Positions 32,510 to 42,078 of a stretch of DNA of 64,000 nt are shown here, piece by piece; the stretch's first letter is position 1, and each line of letters opens with the position of its first letter. The translations under genes and the position numbers were made by a program. Under the pieces are notes generated by a model. That model ran no database searches. It was not told where the DNA came from and was given only the letters and a program-made list of their open reading frames with translations. The DNA lies in the NCBI GenBank assembly GCA_013822425.1, contig PNKL01000006.1, positions 21,675 to 85,674 on the forward strand. Direction: 5' to 3'. The DNA is from Gemmatimonas sp. GTDB lineage: Bacteria > Gemmatimonadota > Gemmatimonadetes > Gemmatimonadales > Gemmatimonadaceae.

Positions 32510-33315
32510 TGATCCAGCCGACGTTCGACCCGCTTGCACCGGGCTCTGCCGTCACGCTCGCATTGCTGGGCGCGCGCGTCGGCGGCGTGCTGCTGATCGC
32601 CCCGGTGTTCTCCGCCACGGTGGTGCCACGAGCCGTGAAGGTGGGGGTGCTCGTGGTGCTGACGGTGCTGCTCCAACCCGCGGCCCTCGCGAGCGTGCGG
32701 AACGTCCCGCAAATCACCCCCGCCACCCTGCTCTCCGAGACCGTCATTGGCCTGGCGATCGGGCTGGGCGCGGCCATCGTGGTGGCCGCCGCAGAAGCGG
32801 CGGGCGATGTGATGGCGATCCAGATCGGGTTGAGCGGCGCCGCCATTCTCGACCCGCTCGATTCGTCGCAGACGCCGGTGCTCGGCAGCTTCTCGCGCCT
32901 GTTCGCGATCGCGATTCTGCTGTCCCTCAACCTCCTCCCCGTGATGCTGGGCGCCATCGCCGACAGCGCGCAGGCGTTTCCGGTGGGCAGCCCCGTATCG
33001 CTGGCCAACGGCGTTGGAGTGATGGTGCAGACCGGCAGCGCACTGTTCATTCTCGGCGCCCGCTTCGCCGCGCCGGTGATCGCCGCCGTGCTCATTGCGA
33101 ACGTCGCCATGGCCGTCCTTGGGCGCGCCGCCCCGCAGATCAACGTCCTGGCCGTGGCGTTTCCCGTGCAGATCTTGCTCGGGCTCCTCACGCTCGCCGC
33201 CGCGATCCCCGCCATGGGACACCTGATGGGTGGCTGGGCCGCGATCAGCGACGGCATGCTGGGTCAGGTCGTGCGCGCGCTCGCGCCGGCCGGCGCGCCC
33301 CTTGGTGTGCGGTAG
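32509..33315 (+). CDS. fliR: Export gate protein FliR
   Basis: A polytopic membrane protein: ...GARVGGVLLIAPVFS...AAEAAGDVMAIQIGLSGA... TGATG overlap with fliQ. Confidence 0.9.
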   Translation: MIQPTFDPLAPGSAVTLALLGARVGGVLLIAPVFSATVVPRAVKVGVLVVLTVLLQPAALASVRNVPQITPATLLSETVIGLAIGLGAAIVVAAAEAAGDVMAIQIGLSGAAILDPLDSSQTPVLGSFSRLFAIAILLSLNLLPVMLGAIADSAQAFPVGSPVSLANGVGVMVQTGSALFILGARFAAPVIAAVLIANVAMAVLGRAAPQINVLAVAFPVQILLGLLTLAAAIPAMGHLMGGWAAISDGMLGQVVRALAPAGAPLGVR

Positions 33316-33326
33316 GAGCGGGAACC

Positions 33327-34424
33327 ATGGCCGAAAGCGCGCAGGAACGCACCGAAGCGCCGACCCCAAAGCGCCGGCAGGAAGCCAGGGACGAAGGACG
33401 TGTGCCGCACTCCGTCGAATTCGGCACGGCCGTGCTGTTCCTGGGCGCCGCCGCCGTGGTCAACGTGGCCGCACCAGCCGCCAGTGCGCGCATCATGGAC
33501 CTGTTCGGCAACGGGCTTCGGCACATCGGCGATGCCGGCGGCTCCGCCGAAGCCGCGATCATGCGGCTGCAGGTGACCGGTCGCGACGTGCTCGGGGTCA
33601 TCGTCATGCTCACCGGCGGGCTGGCGGCGGCCGCGCTTGGCGCGGGCGCGCTGCAGGGCCGCGGCGTGCTCACGATGAAGCCACTCATGCCGGACTGGTC
33701 GCGCATCAACCCCGTCTCCAACGCTGCCCGCCTCATCGGCGTGCGGGCGGTGGCCGACCTCGTCAAGTCGCTGCTGAAGGTGCTGATCGTGGGCTGGGCG
33801 GTCTGGCGCGCGCTGTCCCTTGCCTGGCCCGACGTCATCGACCTTGCGGGTCGGGGACCGGGCAGCCTGCTCGAGGCCATGCGGCACTACTCGGTGAAAC
33901 TGCTCGTCACCGCCGGCGGTGTCTTCCTGGTGCTCGCCGCCGCCGACTATGCGTACCAGCTCTGGGAGTTCCAGAAGAGCCTGCGGATGAGCAAGGAGGA
34001 CGTGCGCCAGGAGCTCAAGCAGCAGGATGGCGATCCGCTCCTCAAGGCCCGCATGCGGTCGGCGGCCCGGTCGCGCGTGCGCCGCCAGATGTTCCAGGAC
34101 GTCGCGAAGGCCGATGTGGTGGTCGTGAACCCGACGCATATCGCGGTCGCGCTGCGGTACGATCCCGACAGGGCGCCAGCCCCGATCGTGCTCGCGATGG
34201 GGCAGCGGCGCATCGCCGAACGCATCAAGGCGCTCGCGCACCAGCACGGCGTCCCCGTGATCGAGAACCGTCCGCTTGCCCGGGCGCTGCTCGCGTCGGC
34301 GCGGGTGGGCTCGATCATCCCGGCCGCGCTGTACGCCGCCGTCGCCGAGGTGCTCGCGTTCATCGTGCGGCAGCGCGCGCTGGTCGGCCAGTGGCCACGC
34401 TGGATGGAGAGAGCAACCGCATGA
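33327..34424 (+). CDS. flhB: Export switch protein FlhB
   Basis: MAESAQERTEAPTPKRRQEARDEGRVP.S.E..., and the NPTH autocleavage site (VVVNPTHIAVAL). Confidence 0.95.
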   Translation: MAESAQERTEAPTPKRRQEARDEGRVPHSVEFGTAVLFLGAAAVVNVAAPAASARIMDLFGNGLRHIGDAGGSAEAAIMRLQVTGRDVLGVIVMLTGGLAAAALGAGALQGRGVLTMKPLMPDWSRINPVSNAARLIGVRAVADLVKSLLKVLIVGWAVWRALSLAWPDVIDLAGRGPGSLLEAMRHYSVKLLVTAGGVFLVLAAADYAYQLWEFQKSLRMSKEDVRQELKQQDGDPLLKARMRSAARSRVRRQMFQDVAKADVVVVNPTHIAVALRYDPDRAPAPIVLAMGQRRIAERIKALAHQHGVPVIENRPLARALLASARVGSIIPAALYAAVAEVLAFIVRQRALVGQWPRWMERATA

Positions 34425-36502
34425 GCGCCTTGTCTGCCCGCGCCCCGGCGTCGCGCGATGGCCGCCTTGCCGAAATGGCCGTCGCCGTCGCGATTGTCTT
34501 CGTCATCGCGCTTCTCGTCGTGCCGTTGCCGGCCTTCCTGCTCGACCTGTTCATCTCGCTCTCCATCGGCGTCTCGCTCGTCGTGCTCCTCGCGGCGCTG
34601 TACACCTCCGATCCGCTCGACTTCAGTTCGTTCCCGTCGCTGCTGCTGCTGCTGACGCTGTTCCGGCTGGCGCTGAACGTGAGTTCGACGCGCCTCATCC
34701 TGTCGGAGGGGCATGCCGGCGAGGTGATCCAGGCCTTCGGGCAGTTCGTCATCGGCGGCAACTACGCGGTTGGCCTGGTGCTGTTTCTGATCCTCGTTGG
34801 CATCAACTTCATCGTGATCACGAAAGGCGCGGGCCGCGTCGCCGAGGTGGCGGCGCGATTCACGCTCGACGCGATGCCGGGCAAGCAGATGGCGATCGAC
34901 GCGGATCTCGGGGCCGGGCTGATTGACGAGGCCACGGCCCGCCAGCGCCGCACCGCGATCAGCCGCCAGGCGGACTTCTACGGTGCGATGGACGGCGCCT
35001 CGAAGTTCGTGAAGGGCGACGCCGTGGCCGGGCTGCTCATCACCGGCATCAACATCATCGGGGGCATCTTCATCGGCGTCGTGCAGCGGGGACTGCCGCT
35101 GGCACAGGCCGCGTCAACCTACACGGTGCTGACCGTGGGCGAGGGGCTGGTGGCGCAGATTCCGGCGCTCATCGTCTCCACCGCTGCCGGTCTCATGGTG
35201 ACTCACGTCGCCGGGGGCGAGCGGCTCGGCTCGGTCCTCACTGAACAGCTCAGCGCGCAGCCGCGGTCGCTCTACATCGCCGGCGGTGTCCTTGGCACGT
35301 TCGCCCTCGTGCCGGGGCTCCCCTCGCTGCCATTCCTGCTGCTCGGTGCCGGCCTCGCCGGCCTGGCGCGCGTCTCCGCCGTCCTGCATGAACGCCGCGA
35401 CGCTGCAGCGCTGCTCGCGGAACCCGAGCCGAGCCATGTGGCGTCGCCGCCGAACCCGATGCTCGACCTCCTCCAGCTCGATCCCATCGAGATCGAAGTC
35501 GGGTATGCGCTGATTCCGCTCGTGGAACAGGGGCAGGGCGGCGACCTCCTCGACCGGATCGGGCTCCTGCGCAAGCAGGCCGCGCTCGAGTTCGGGATTC
35601 TCATTCCCGCCATCCGGCTGCGCGACGACATTCGCCTGCCGGCCAGCGAATACGTCATCAAGCTCCGCGGATCGGAGGTGGCCCGCGCCAACGTGATGCC
35701 GCGCCACCTCCTGGCGCTCGACACCGGCGGCGTGCTGCAGCCGATCGACGGGGTTGAAGCCGCCGACCCGAGTTTCGGCATGCCGGCGCGCTGGATCGCC
35801 CCGGCGCGCCGCGCCGAAGCCGAAGCGGTTGGCTACGTCGTCGTGGAGCCGGCGACGATGATCGCCACGCACCTGATGGAGACGCTCAAGGCCAACGCCG
35901 CCGAGCTGCTCGGTCGCCAGGACGTGCAGGAGATGGTGGACACCATCAAGCGAACGCATCCGGTGCTGGTGGACGAGATCATCCCGGCACGCATCTCGCT
36001 CGGCACCCTGCACCGTGTGCTGCAGCGTCTGCTGCGCGAACGCGTCCCGATTCGCGATCTCGTGACCATTCTCGAAGCGCTTGGCGATGCCGCCGACCAG
36101 GTGAAGGATCCGGAGCAGTTGACGGAGCACGCGCGCCGCGCTCTTGGCCACGTCATCGCACACGGCTTCACCGACGAACACGGGACGCTGCGCGGCATCA
36201 CGATCGGCGCGCGGCTCGAGGCGTCGCTCATGGGGCTGTTCGCGCCCCGTGCCGCGTCTCCCGGAACCGGTCTCATGACGCCCGATCTGCTCGCCGGGCT
36301 CCTCCGCGAGCTGCAGTCGCTGTCCACCGGCTCGGTGGATGCGCGCCCCGTGCCCCTGATCGTGCCGCCGGGTCTCCGCATCGGCATTCGACGCCTGGTC
36401 GAACCGGTCCTGCCGACGCTTCCGGTGCTTTCGCTCGCTGAACTGCCTCCGTTTGTGAACCTCAACGCCATCGCCACCTGGGAGATGCAACATGCGGCTT
36501 GA
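34421..36502 (+). CDS. flhA: Export gate protein FlhA
   Basis: ...FPSLLLLLTLFRLALNVSSTRLIL..G.AG.VI.AFG.FV..GN...G...F.IL..INF.VITKGAGR.AEV.ARFTLDAMPGKQMAIDADL... ATGA overlap with flhB. The track ORF 33230..36502 has a spurious 397-codon 5' extension. Confidence 0.95.
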   Translation: MSALSARAPASRDGRLAEMAVAVAIVFVIALLVVPLPAFLLDLFISLSIGVSLVVLLAALYTSDPLDFSSFPSLLLLLTLFRLALNVSSTRLILSEGHAGEVIQAFGQFVIGGNYAVGLVLFLILVGINFIVITKGAGRVAEVAARFTLDAMPGKQMAIDADLGAGLIDEATARQRRTAISRQADFYGAMDGASKFVKGDAVAGLLITGINIIGGIFIGVVQRGLPLAQAASTYTVLTVGEGLVAQIPALIVSTAAGLMVTHVAGGERLGSVLTEQLSAQPRSLYIAGGVLGTFALVPGLPSLPFLLLGAGLAGLARVSAVLHERRDAAALLAEPEPSHVASPPNPMLDLLQLDPIEIEVGYALIPLVEQGQGGDLLDRIGLLRKQAALEFGILIPAIRLRDDIRLPASEYVIKLRGSEVARANVMPRHLLALDTGGVLQPIDGVEAADPSFGMPARWIAPARRAEAEAVGYVVVEPATMIATHLMETLKANAAELLGRQDVQEMVDTIKRTHPVLVDEIIPARISLGTLHRVLQRLLRERVPIRDLVTILEALGDAADQVKDPEQLTEHARRALGHVIAHGFTDEHGTLRGITIGARLEASLMGLFAPRAASPGTGLMTPDLLAGLLRELQSLSTGSVDARPVPLIVPPGLRIGIRRLVEPVLPTLPVLSLAELPPFVNLNAIATWEMQHAA

Positions 36503-37319
36503 AGCCTTTCGCGGCCGGGACCTCGCAACGGTGTTCATGGAAGCCCGTTGCTCACTCGGCGATGACGCGATGATCCTGCATTCACGCACCGTGACCGATG
36601 GTGCGCGGCCGATGATCGAGGTGTTTGCGGCGGCGCCGAACGAGATCAGGCGCTTCCACCAGTTGCTCGCTCCCGAGCCGCCCGCCATCGCCAGCCGCCT
36701 GGCGGGGCGCGAGGGGGGGTCGTCCCAGTTCATGCTCGCGCTCGTGGGTCCCACCGGCGCCGGCAAGACCACCACGGCGGCAAAGTTGGCCGTGCATGCG
36801 GAAGCCTTCGGAGCCCGCTGCGTGGGGTTCCTCGCCCTCGACACCTATCGCGCCGGTGCGGTCGAGCAGTTGCAGGGGTACGCGGACGCCGCCGACCTGC
36901 CGCTCGAGGTCGTCTATGACGCCTCCGGCATTGCCGCCGCGCGCAAGCGGCTGTCCTCGTGCGATGTGGTCATCATCGACACGCCAGGCCGGGGACCGCG
37001 CGGCGCCGACCCGATCTGGCGCTGGGTCCTGCGCTCGATGCAACCCACCGAGACGCACCTGGTCGTTCCCGCGACGATGCGCGTCGACCTGGCCGCAGCG
37101 CTCACTCGCGAGTACTCCGCGGCCGGCGCCACGCATGCGATCCTCACCAAGCTCGACGAAGTACCGAACGACGCCATCGTCGCGCAACTCGCGGGACAGC
37201 TCGCACTTCCGATGCGCTGGGTCACCGATGGGCAGAACATCCCGGCCGACCTGCGCATCGCCGGCCCGCTGCTGGCCGAGACACTCGACGTCGCGCCACG
37301 TCAGATGGTGTTTGCGTGA
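36492..37319 (+). CDS. flhF: SRP-type GTPase FlhF
   Basis: G1 LVGPTGAGKTTT, G3 DTPGR, G4 TKLDE. This is a short form (275 aa). Confidence 0.85.
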   Translation: MRLEAFRGRDLATVFMEARCSLGDDAMILHSRTVTDGARPMIEVFAAAPNEIRRFHQLLAPEPPAIASRLAGREGGSSQFMLALVGPTGAGKTTTAAKLAVHAEAFGARCVGFLALDTYRAGAVEQLQGYADAADLPLEVVYDASGIAAARKRLSSCDVVIIDTPGRGPRGADPIWRWVLRSMQPTETHLVVPATMRVDLAAALTREYSAAGATHAILTKLDEVPNDAIVAQLAGQLALPMRWVTDGQNIPADLRIAGPLLAETLDVAPRQMVFA

Positions 37320-38197
37320 GCGCGCGGGCGAGCACGCAAATGGAGGGGCTGCGCCACTTTGTCGCCGCCACCGGCCGAGGGCACTGGCGCGCGAACGACG
37401 ATCGCGTCGTGGTCGTCGGCAGTGGCAAGGGCGGCAGCGGCACTTCCACGGTCGCGGCCCTGCTCGGCATTGCCTGCGCGGCCGAGGGGGACCACACGCT
37501 CCTGATCGACGGCGACGAACTCGTCGGCACACAGCACCGCCTGCTTGCCTTCGATGCGCCCCACGGCCTGGGCGACCTCTACAGCGGCACCCTCACCCCA
37601 GCCGACTGCGTCCACGATTTCGGCGACGGACTTTCGCTACTTCCTGGTGGCCCAGGCCCTAATGCCTGGGGCGCTCGTCACACGCACGTGCTCTCCGCCG
37701 GCGAACGGCGCGCGCTCTTCCGGCGGGTGTCACAACTGCATGGGGACTACGATGTCGTGATCGTGGACGCCGGTTCTCGGCTGGACAACGTGCTTACGGC
37801 GGGGGCGGCGGGCGCGCGTCGCTTCATTGTGGTGGGCGGGGACGGAACGGTCGCCATCGCGGCCAGTTACGCGCTGGTCAAGGCCATCCACCAGAAGTGG
37901 CCCAGCACGCCGGTGGACGTCATCGTGAACCGCGAGGACGACTGGCGTGGCCGGCACGTCTTCGATCAGCTCCAGGACGGAAGTTCGCGGTTTCTCGGGC
38001 GCAGCCTGGAGTACGCCGGCACGATTCCCGAGGATGGCAGTCTCCACGCGGCCGCTCTCAGCGGCCAGTCACTCAAGCTCATTGCCGACCACACCGTCGC
38101 CGGTCAGGCTGCCAGCGTGCTGGCACGGCGCTTGCTCCTACTGCTGGAGGACGGCGCAGACCCGACGGTCGCGCATGCCGGGCCCCACAGGAGATGA
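37316..38197 (+). CDS. flhG: MinD/ParA-type ATPase FlhG (FleN/YlxH) with a non-canonical P-loop
   Basis: VVVVGSGKGGSGTSTVAALLG (deviant Walker A with Thr in place of the second Lys), DVVIVDAG (Walker B-like). GTGA overlap with the flhF stop. Alternative ATG at 37340. Confidence 0.8.
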   Translation: MSARASTQMEGLRHFVAATGRGHWRANDDRVVVVGSGKGGSGTSTVAALLGIACAAEGDHTLLIDGDELVGTQHRLLAFDAPHGLGDLYSGTLTPADCVHDFGDGLSLLPGGPGPNAWGARHTHVLSAGERRALFRRVSQLHGDYDVVIVDAGSRLDNVLTAGAAGARRFIVVGGDGTVAIAASYALVKAIHQKWPSTPVDVIVNREDDWRGRHVFDQLQDGSSRFLGRSLEYAGTIPEDGSLHAAALSGQSLKLIADHTVAGQAASVLARRLLLLLEDGADPTVAHAGPHRR

Positions 38198-38204
38198 TAA
38201 CCCC

Positions 38205-38960
38205 ATGAACAGCAAGGCACTCTGGACCCGCTACTTCAATGGCGACGCCGATGCGCGGCAGGAGTTGCTCACCGAACAACTCGCGCTCGTGCACTTTGTT
38301 GCCGGTCAGGTCGCCAGGGGACTCGGCGTCGATGTGGAATTCGACGAGCTGGTAAGCGCGGGCACCATCGGACTCATCAGCGCACTCGAGAACTTCGAGC
38401 CCGAGCGGGGGCTGGCGTTCAGCACATTTGCCACGCCTCGCATTCGAGGCGCCATCCTCGACGAATTGCGGCGCCAGGACCATGTGCCCCGTTCAGTCCG
38501 GCGGAAGGCGAGGGCCATCGCCGGCGCGCGCGAGGACCTCGCGCGCACCATCGCGGGACCGCCGTCCGACCGGGCCATCGCCGAGCACCTCGGGGTTGAC
38601 TTGCCGACGCTCTGGGACTGGCAGGCGGACGTCGAGCATGCGGTGCGTGTTCCGCTCGACGACGACGGGACGGACCACGATGGTGCGCCCAGTCCCGCCA
38701 TGCCGCTTACGAGCGGCACCGAAGATGAGGTCGAGGAGCGCCTGACCGGCGCCCAGGAGGCGCACCACCTCCGCGAGGCGCTGGCGAACATGAAGGAACA
38801 GGAACGTGTCGTCCTGTCGCTCTACTACTTCGAGGACCTCAAGCTGCACGAGATCGCCACCATCCTCGAACTGACGGAATCGCGAGTGTCGCAGATCCGT
38901 TCCAAGGCGCTCGCCAACCTGCGCAAGGTGCTTGCGCCACTTCGGAGGCATGTCGCATGA
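38205..38960 (+). CDS. fliA: Flagellar sigma factor FliA (sigma-28)
   Basis: Region 2 DELVSAGTIGLISALENFEPERGLAFSTFATPRIRGAILDELRRQD. Region 4 EQERVVLSLYYFEDLKLHEIATILELTESRVSQIRSKALANLR. Confidence 0.9.
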   Translation: MNSKALWTRYFNGDADARQELLTEQLALVHFVAGQVARGLGVDVEFDELVSAGTIGLISALENFEPERGLAFSTFATPRIRGAILDELRRQDHVPRSVRRKARAIAGAREDLARTIAGPPSDRAIAEHLGVDLPTLWDWQADVEHAVRVPLDDDGTDHDGAPSPAMPLTSGTEDEVEERLTGAQEAHHLREALANMKEQERVVLSLYYFEDLKLHEIATILELTESRVSQIRSKALANLRKVLAPLRRHVA

Positions 38961-39337
38961 CATCCACTGCACTGACGGTGTTGTTGAGCCTCGCGACGGT
39001 CATTCTCGGTGTCGTCTGCGCCACTTACGCAGCGCAGGTGTGCCGCGGGGCACACGAGGTCGCGCGATCGATGGGGAAGCGCGGCACTGACATCCGGCAG
39101 ATCGTTCGCCGCACGAAGCTGCCGCAGGACGTGGTGTCGATGCTCCTCGCCAGACCCGCAGCCTCACGGCAGAACGTGCCAGCCTCGGCAGGAACTGCCC
39201 GACGGGCCGCAGCGGGACGCGGTCGAAGGCCCGCGACGCAGACCCCGTCCCTTCGCAGGACCGCCCCGGCCAAGGGGACATCCCGGGCACGCGAGGCGAC
39301 CGGTGCGCTGCGTGGCACGGACGTTGCGGTTGCATAG
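38957..39337 (+). CDS. Hypothetical membrane-anchored basic protein, translationally coupled to fliA
   Basis: ATGA overlap with the fliA stop. N-terminal TM segment (ALTVLLSLATVILGVVCATYAA), then an Arg-rich tail. No family recognised. Confidence 0.5.
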   Translation: MTSTALTVLLSLATVILGVVCATYAAQVCRGAHEVARSMGKRGTDIRQIVRRTKLPQDVVSMLLARPAASRQNVPASAGTARRAAAGRGRRPATQTPSLRRTAPAKGTSRAREATGALRGTDVAVA

Positions 39338-39378
39338 CACCAGTTGAGGCGGGAAGTCCCACCACAGGGAGGCGGCAG

Positions 39379-40113
39379 ATGGGGGCATTGATCCGGACGG
39401 GGGGACTCGAGGCCGCAGCTGCCGCGCTCCGCTACTGGGAGCAACGTCAGGAGGTGCTCGCGAACAACCTCGCGAACGTCAGCACCGATGGCTTCAAGGG
39501 TGAGCGTGCCTTCGCGCAGTTGCTGGGCGATGGCCGCACCCCAACGATCGGCACGGTGACCGATTTCACGAGCGGCCCGATGGCCGAGACCGGTGCCCCG
39601 CTTGACCTCGCCGTCGGTCGAGACGGCTTCTTCGTGGTGCAGACGCCAGCGGGTGAGCGGCTGAGCCGCGGCGGCGCGCTCCACCTCGACACACGGGGCC
39701 AGCTCGTGGACCAGTCAGGCAATGTCGTCCTCGGCGAAGCCGACCCCAAGGGTGGATCCCAAGGGCCAGTCGTCCTGCCCGCGCACGTCGGTTCCGTGGT
39801 GATTGACGAAGCCGGCGCCGTCGTGGCCGACGGACGGCAGGTCGCGCGGCTGCGGCTCGAGACCGTGCCGACCGGCAGCCGCCTGCAGCACGAAGCGGGC
39901 GGGCTCTTCGCCGCCCCCGGACCGCTGGTGCGCGTCGAGCTTGCGCAACGCACCATCCGCCAGGGTGTCCGCGAACAGAGCAATGTCAGCACGGTGCCGG
40001 CGCTGGTCGACATGATCGCCGTGCAACGCGCCTACTCCAGCGTGCAGAAGGTGCTCACCGCCATCGACTCGGCGCGCGGCATGGCGGTGACCGAACTCGG
40101 CAAGCCTGCCTGA
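39379..40113 (+). CDS. flgF: Proximal rod protein FlgF
   Basis: ...QEVLANNLANVSTDGFKGERAF... and the C-terminal ...ALVDMIAVQRAYSSVQKVLTAIDS. Confidence 0.85.
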   Translation: MGALIRTGGLEAAAAALRYWEQRQEVLANNLANVSTDGFKGERAFAQLLGDGRTPTIGTVTDFTSGPMAETGAPLDLAVGRDGFFVVQTPAGERLSRGGALHLDTRGQLVDQSGNVVLGEADPKGGSQGPVVLPAHVGSVVIDEAGAVVADGRQVARLRLETVPTGSRLQHEAGGLFAAPGPLVRVELAQRTIRQGVREQSNVSTVPALVDMIAVQRAYSSVQKVLTAIDSARGMAVTELGKPA

Positions 40114-40145
40114 CCCACCGGCCCACCGCACCTCCGGAGCATTCC

Positions 40146-40937
40146 ATGAATCCCGCCCTTCGTACCGCCGCCACCGGCATGGCCGCACAGCAGACGCGAA
40201 CCGAGGTCATCGCGAACAACCTCGCCAACGTCAATACCACCGGATTCAAGCGCAGCCGCGCCGACTTCGTCGACCTGCTCTACCAGACCGTGCAGGGCGC
40301 GCAGACGGTCGGCACCGCCGACGCCACCACGGTGCCCTCGATCCAGGTCGGCCGCGGGACGCGACTGTCCGGCATCACCCGATTGCACTCGCAGGGCGCG
40401 CTGGAACAGACGCAACGCCCGCTCGACCTGGCCATCGACGGCGACGGGTTCTTTCAGGTGCAGCTCGCCAATGGCCAGTTGGCCTACACGCGCGACGGGT
40501 CGTTCCAGATTTCCGACCAGGGGACGATCGTCACGAGCGAGGGCCTCACGGTGCTGCCGGGCATCAAGGTGCCGGCCGACATCGCCGGGGTCTCGATCTC
40601 GGCCAACGGCATTGTCTCGGGATCCTCTTCGGCCAGCACCGGCCAGACGACGGAACTCGGGCGCATCGAACTGGCCCGCTTTGCCAACCCAGCGGGTCTC
40701 CAGGCGGTGGGGCAGAACCTCTATGTCGCGACCCCCGCCAGCGGCGACGCCGCCACGGGGTTCCCGCAGGATGACGGAATGGGGCGCCTGCAGCAGGGTT
40801 ACCTGGAGAGCAGCAATGTCGAAATTGTCCAGGAGATGGTCGACATGATCACGGCGATGCGTGCCTACGAGATCAACTCGAAGGCCATCAAGAACAGCGA
40901 GTCGATGGCCGACATCGCGAACAACCTGGTGCGGTAA
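40146..40937 (+). CDS. flgG: Distal rod protein FlgG
   Basis: MNPALRTAATGMAAQQTRTEVIANNLANVNTTGFKRSRADF... and ...LESSNVEIVQEMVDMITAMRAYEINSKAIKN. Confidence 0.95.
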   Translation: MNPALRTAATGMAAQQTRTEVIANNLANVNTTGFKRSRADFVDLLYQTVQGAQTVGTADATTVPSIQVGRGTRLSGITRLHSQGALEQTQRPLDLAIDGDGFFQVQLANGQLAYTRDGSFQISDQGTIVTSEGLTVLPGIKVPADIAGVSISANGIVSGSSSASTGQTTELGRIELARFANPAGLQAVGQNLYVATPASGDAATGFPQDDGMGRLQQGYLESSNVEIVQEMVDMITAMRAYEINSKAIKNSESMADIANNLVR

Positions 40938-40939
40938 CC

Positions 40940-41380
40940 GTGACGGCGCATGCGATTGGCCTCTGCTGGCTCCTCCTCCTCGCAACGGCCGTTCCGTCGG
41001 CACACGCGCAAGCGAGCGCGGCGACCGGCACGTCCGCCGCACCGCAGGCGACGCGCGACCTGGGGCGGGGGCATGTGCTGGCAGCCTCCGACATCAGGGC
41101 CGATGCTCCCGACCCGCAGGGCCCGCAATTGGTCGGATGGATCACTCGCCGAGTGGTCCGGGCCGGCGAGCCGCTTCGCGCGCCTGCCATTGCGCCGGCG
41201 CCGCTCGTGCGCGCCGGCACCCCAGTCACCGTGCAGTTCGTGACGGCCGGCCTGACGGTCGCGCGAGAAGGCACGGCACTGACGACGGGCGCCTTCGGCG
41301 ACCGCGTGCACATCCGGCTCGACGAACACCGGTCGCTCGACGGCGTGGTCGCCGGTCCTTCCATGGTACGCATCCCATGA
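40940..41380 (+). CDS. flgA: P-ring assembly chaperone FlgA
   Basis: Signal peptide, then the SAF-like G..L...D......V.AG.PL and the C-terminal VRAGTPVTVQF...GLTV...G.AL..GA.GDRV.I pattern. Confidence 0.8.
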   Translation: MTAHAIGLCWLLLLATAVPSAHAQASAATGTSAAPQATRDLGRGHVLAASDIRADAPDPQGPQLVGWITRRVVRAGEPLRAPAIAPAPLVRAGTPVTVQFVTAGLTVAREGTALTTGAFGDRVHIRLDEHRSLDGVVAGPSMVRIP

Positions 41381-42078
41381 GAACAGGTTCTCTCGCCGCT
41401 CGGCAGCCCGTGCTCGGCCGCAAGACGGCGTGCAGCGTGCGCGCGTGCGCGTGGGCGGCGCTGGCGGTGTCCCTCCACGCGCCGGCGGTCATGGCCCAGG
41501 GACGCGGCGGGAGAGCCGCTGCCGCCTCGGTGGCAGACTCGCTGTCGCTGACCCCGCAGGGCCGCCAGTCGTGGACTTCGGACAAGATGCGCTTCCAGAT
41601 CGGCGACATCGTGACGATCGTCATCAGCGAACGCACGCTGGCGTCGGCCAGGCTCACGGACAACAGCTCCGACGCGCGCCAGAAACAGATGGGGCTGGAC
41701 ATTGAACCGCCCGCAGGCCCGACCGGCCCGTCGAAGAGCATCGCGGCGACGGTGGACGTCAGCAGCGCAGGCGACTCCCGCAAGCGGGGCCAGGTCATGC
41801 GCCAGAACGACTTCCAGTCGCTCGTGAGCGCGAGGGTCGTCGCGATATCGCCCGGGGGGATGTTGAGAATTCGCGGTCACAAGCTCGTCAATGTCGACAA
41901 GAACCAGCAGGACGTCGTGATCAGCGGATGGGTTCGGCCCCAGGACATTGCCGTCGGCGACAACACGGTCGAATCGGCGCGCCTCGCCGATGCCGAAATC
42001 CAGTACGCGCAGAAGGGGGCCCTCGGGCGTCCGCGTGCCGGCATCATCTCCCGCCTGCTTGGTGCGCTGTGGCCATGA
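41377..42078 (+). CDS. flgH: L-ring protein FlgH
   Basis: ...FQIGDIVTIVISERT.AS...DFQSLVSARVVAISPGGMLRIRGHKLVNVDKNQQDVVISGWVRPQDI..DNTV.S.RLADAEI.Y. ATGA overlap with flgA. Confidence 0.85.
   Translation: MRTGSLAARQPVLGRKTACSVRACAWAALAVSLHAPAVMAQGRGGRAAAASVADSLSLTPQGRQSWTSDKMRFQIGDIVTIVISERTLASARLTDNSSDARQKQMGLDIEPPAGPTGPSKSIAATVDVSSAGDSRKRGQVMRQNDFQSLVSARVVAISPGGMLRIRGHKLVNVDKNQQDVVISGWVRPQDIAVGDNTVESARLADAEIQYAQKGALGRPRAGIISRLLGALWP

Noticed and set aside
33230-34420. The first ~397 codons of the 1090-aa track ORF 33230..36502
   Set aside because: This part overlaps fliR and flhB in another frame and is Arg/Ala/Gly-rich. The recognisable FlhA sequence begins at the ATG at 34421, which overlaps the flhB stop (ATGA).
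35114-36844. 576-aa minus-strand ORF antisense to flhA/flhF
   Set aside because: No motifs and an Arg-rich composition. The plus strand encodes the FlhA C-terminal domain and the FlhF G domain.
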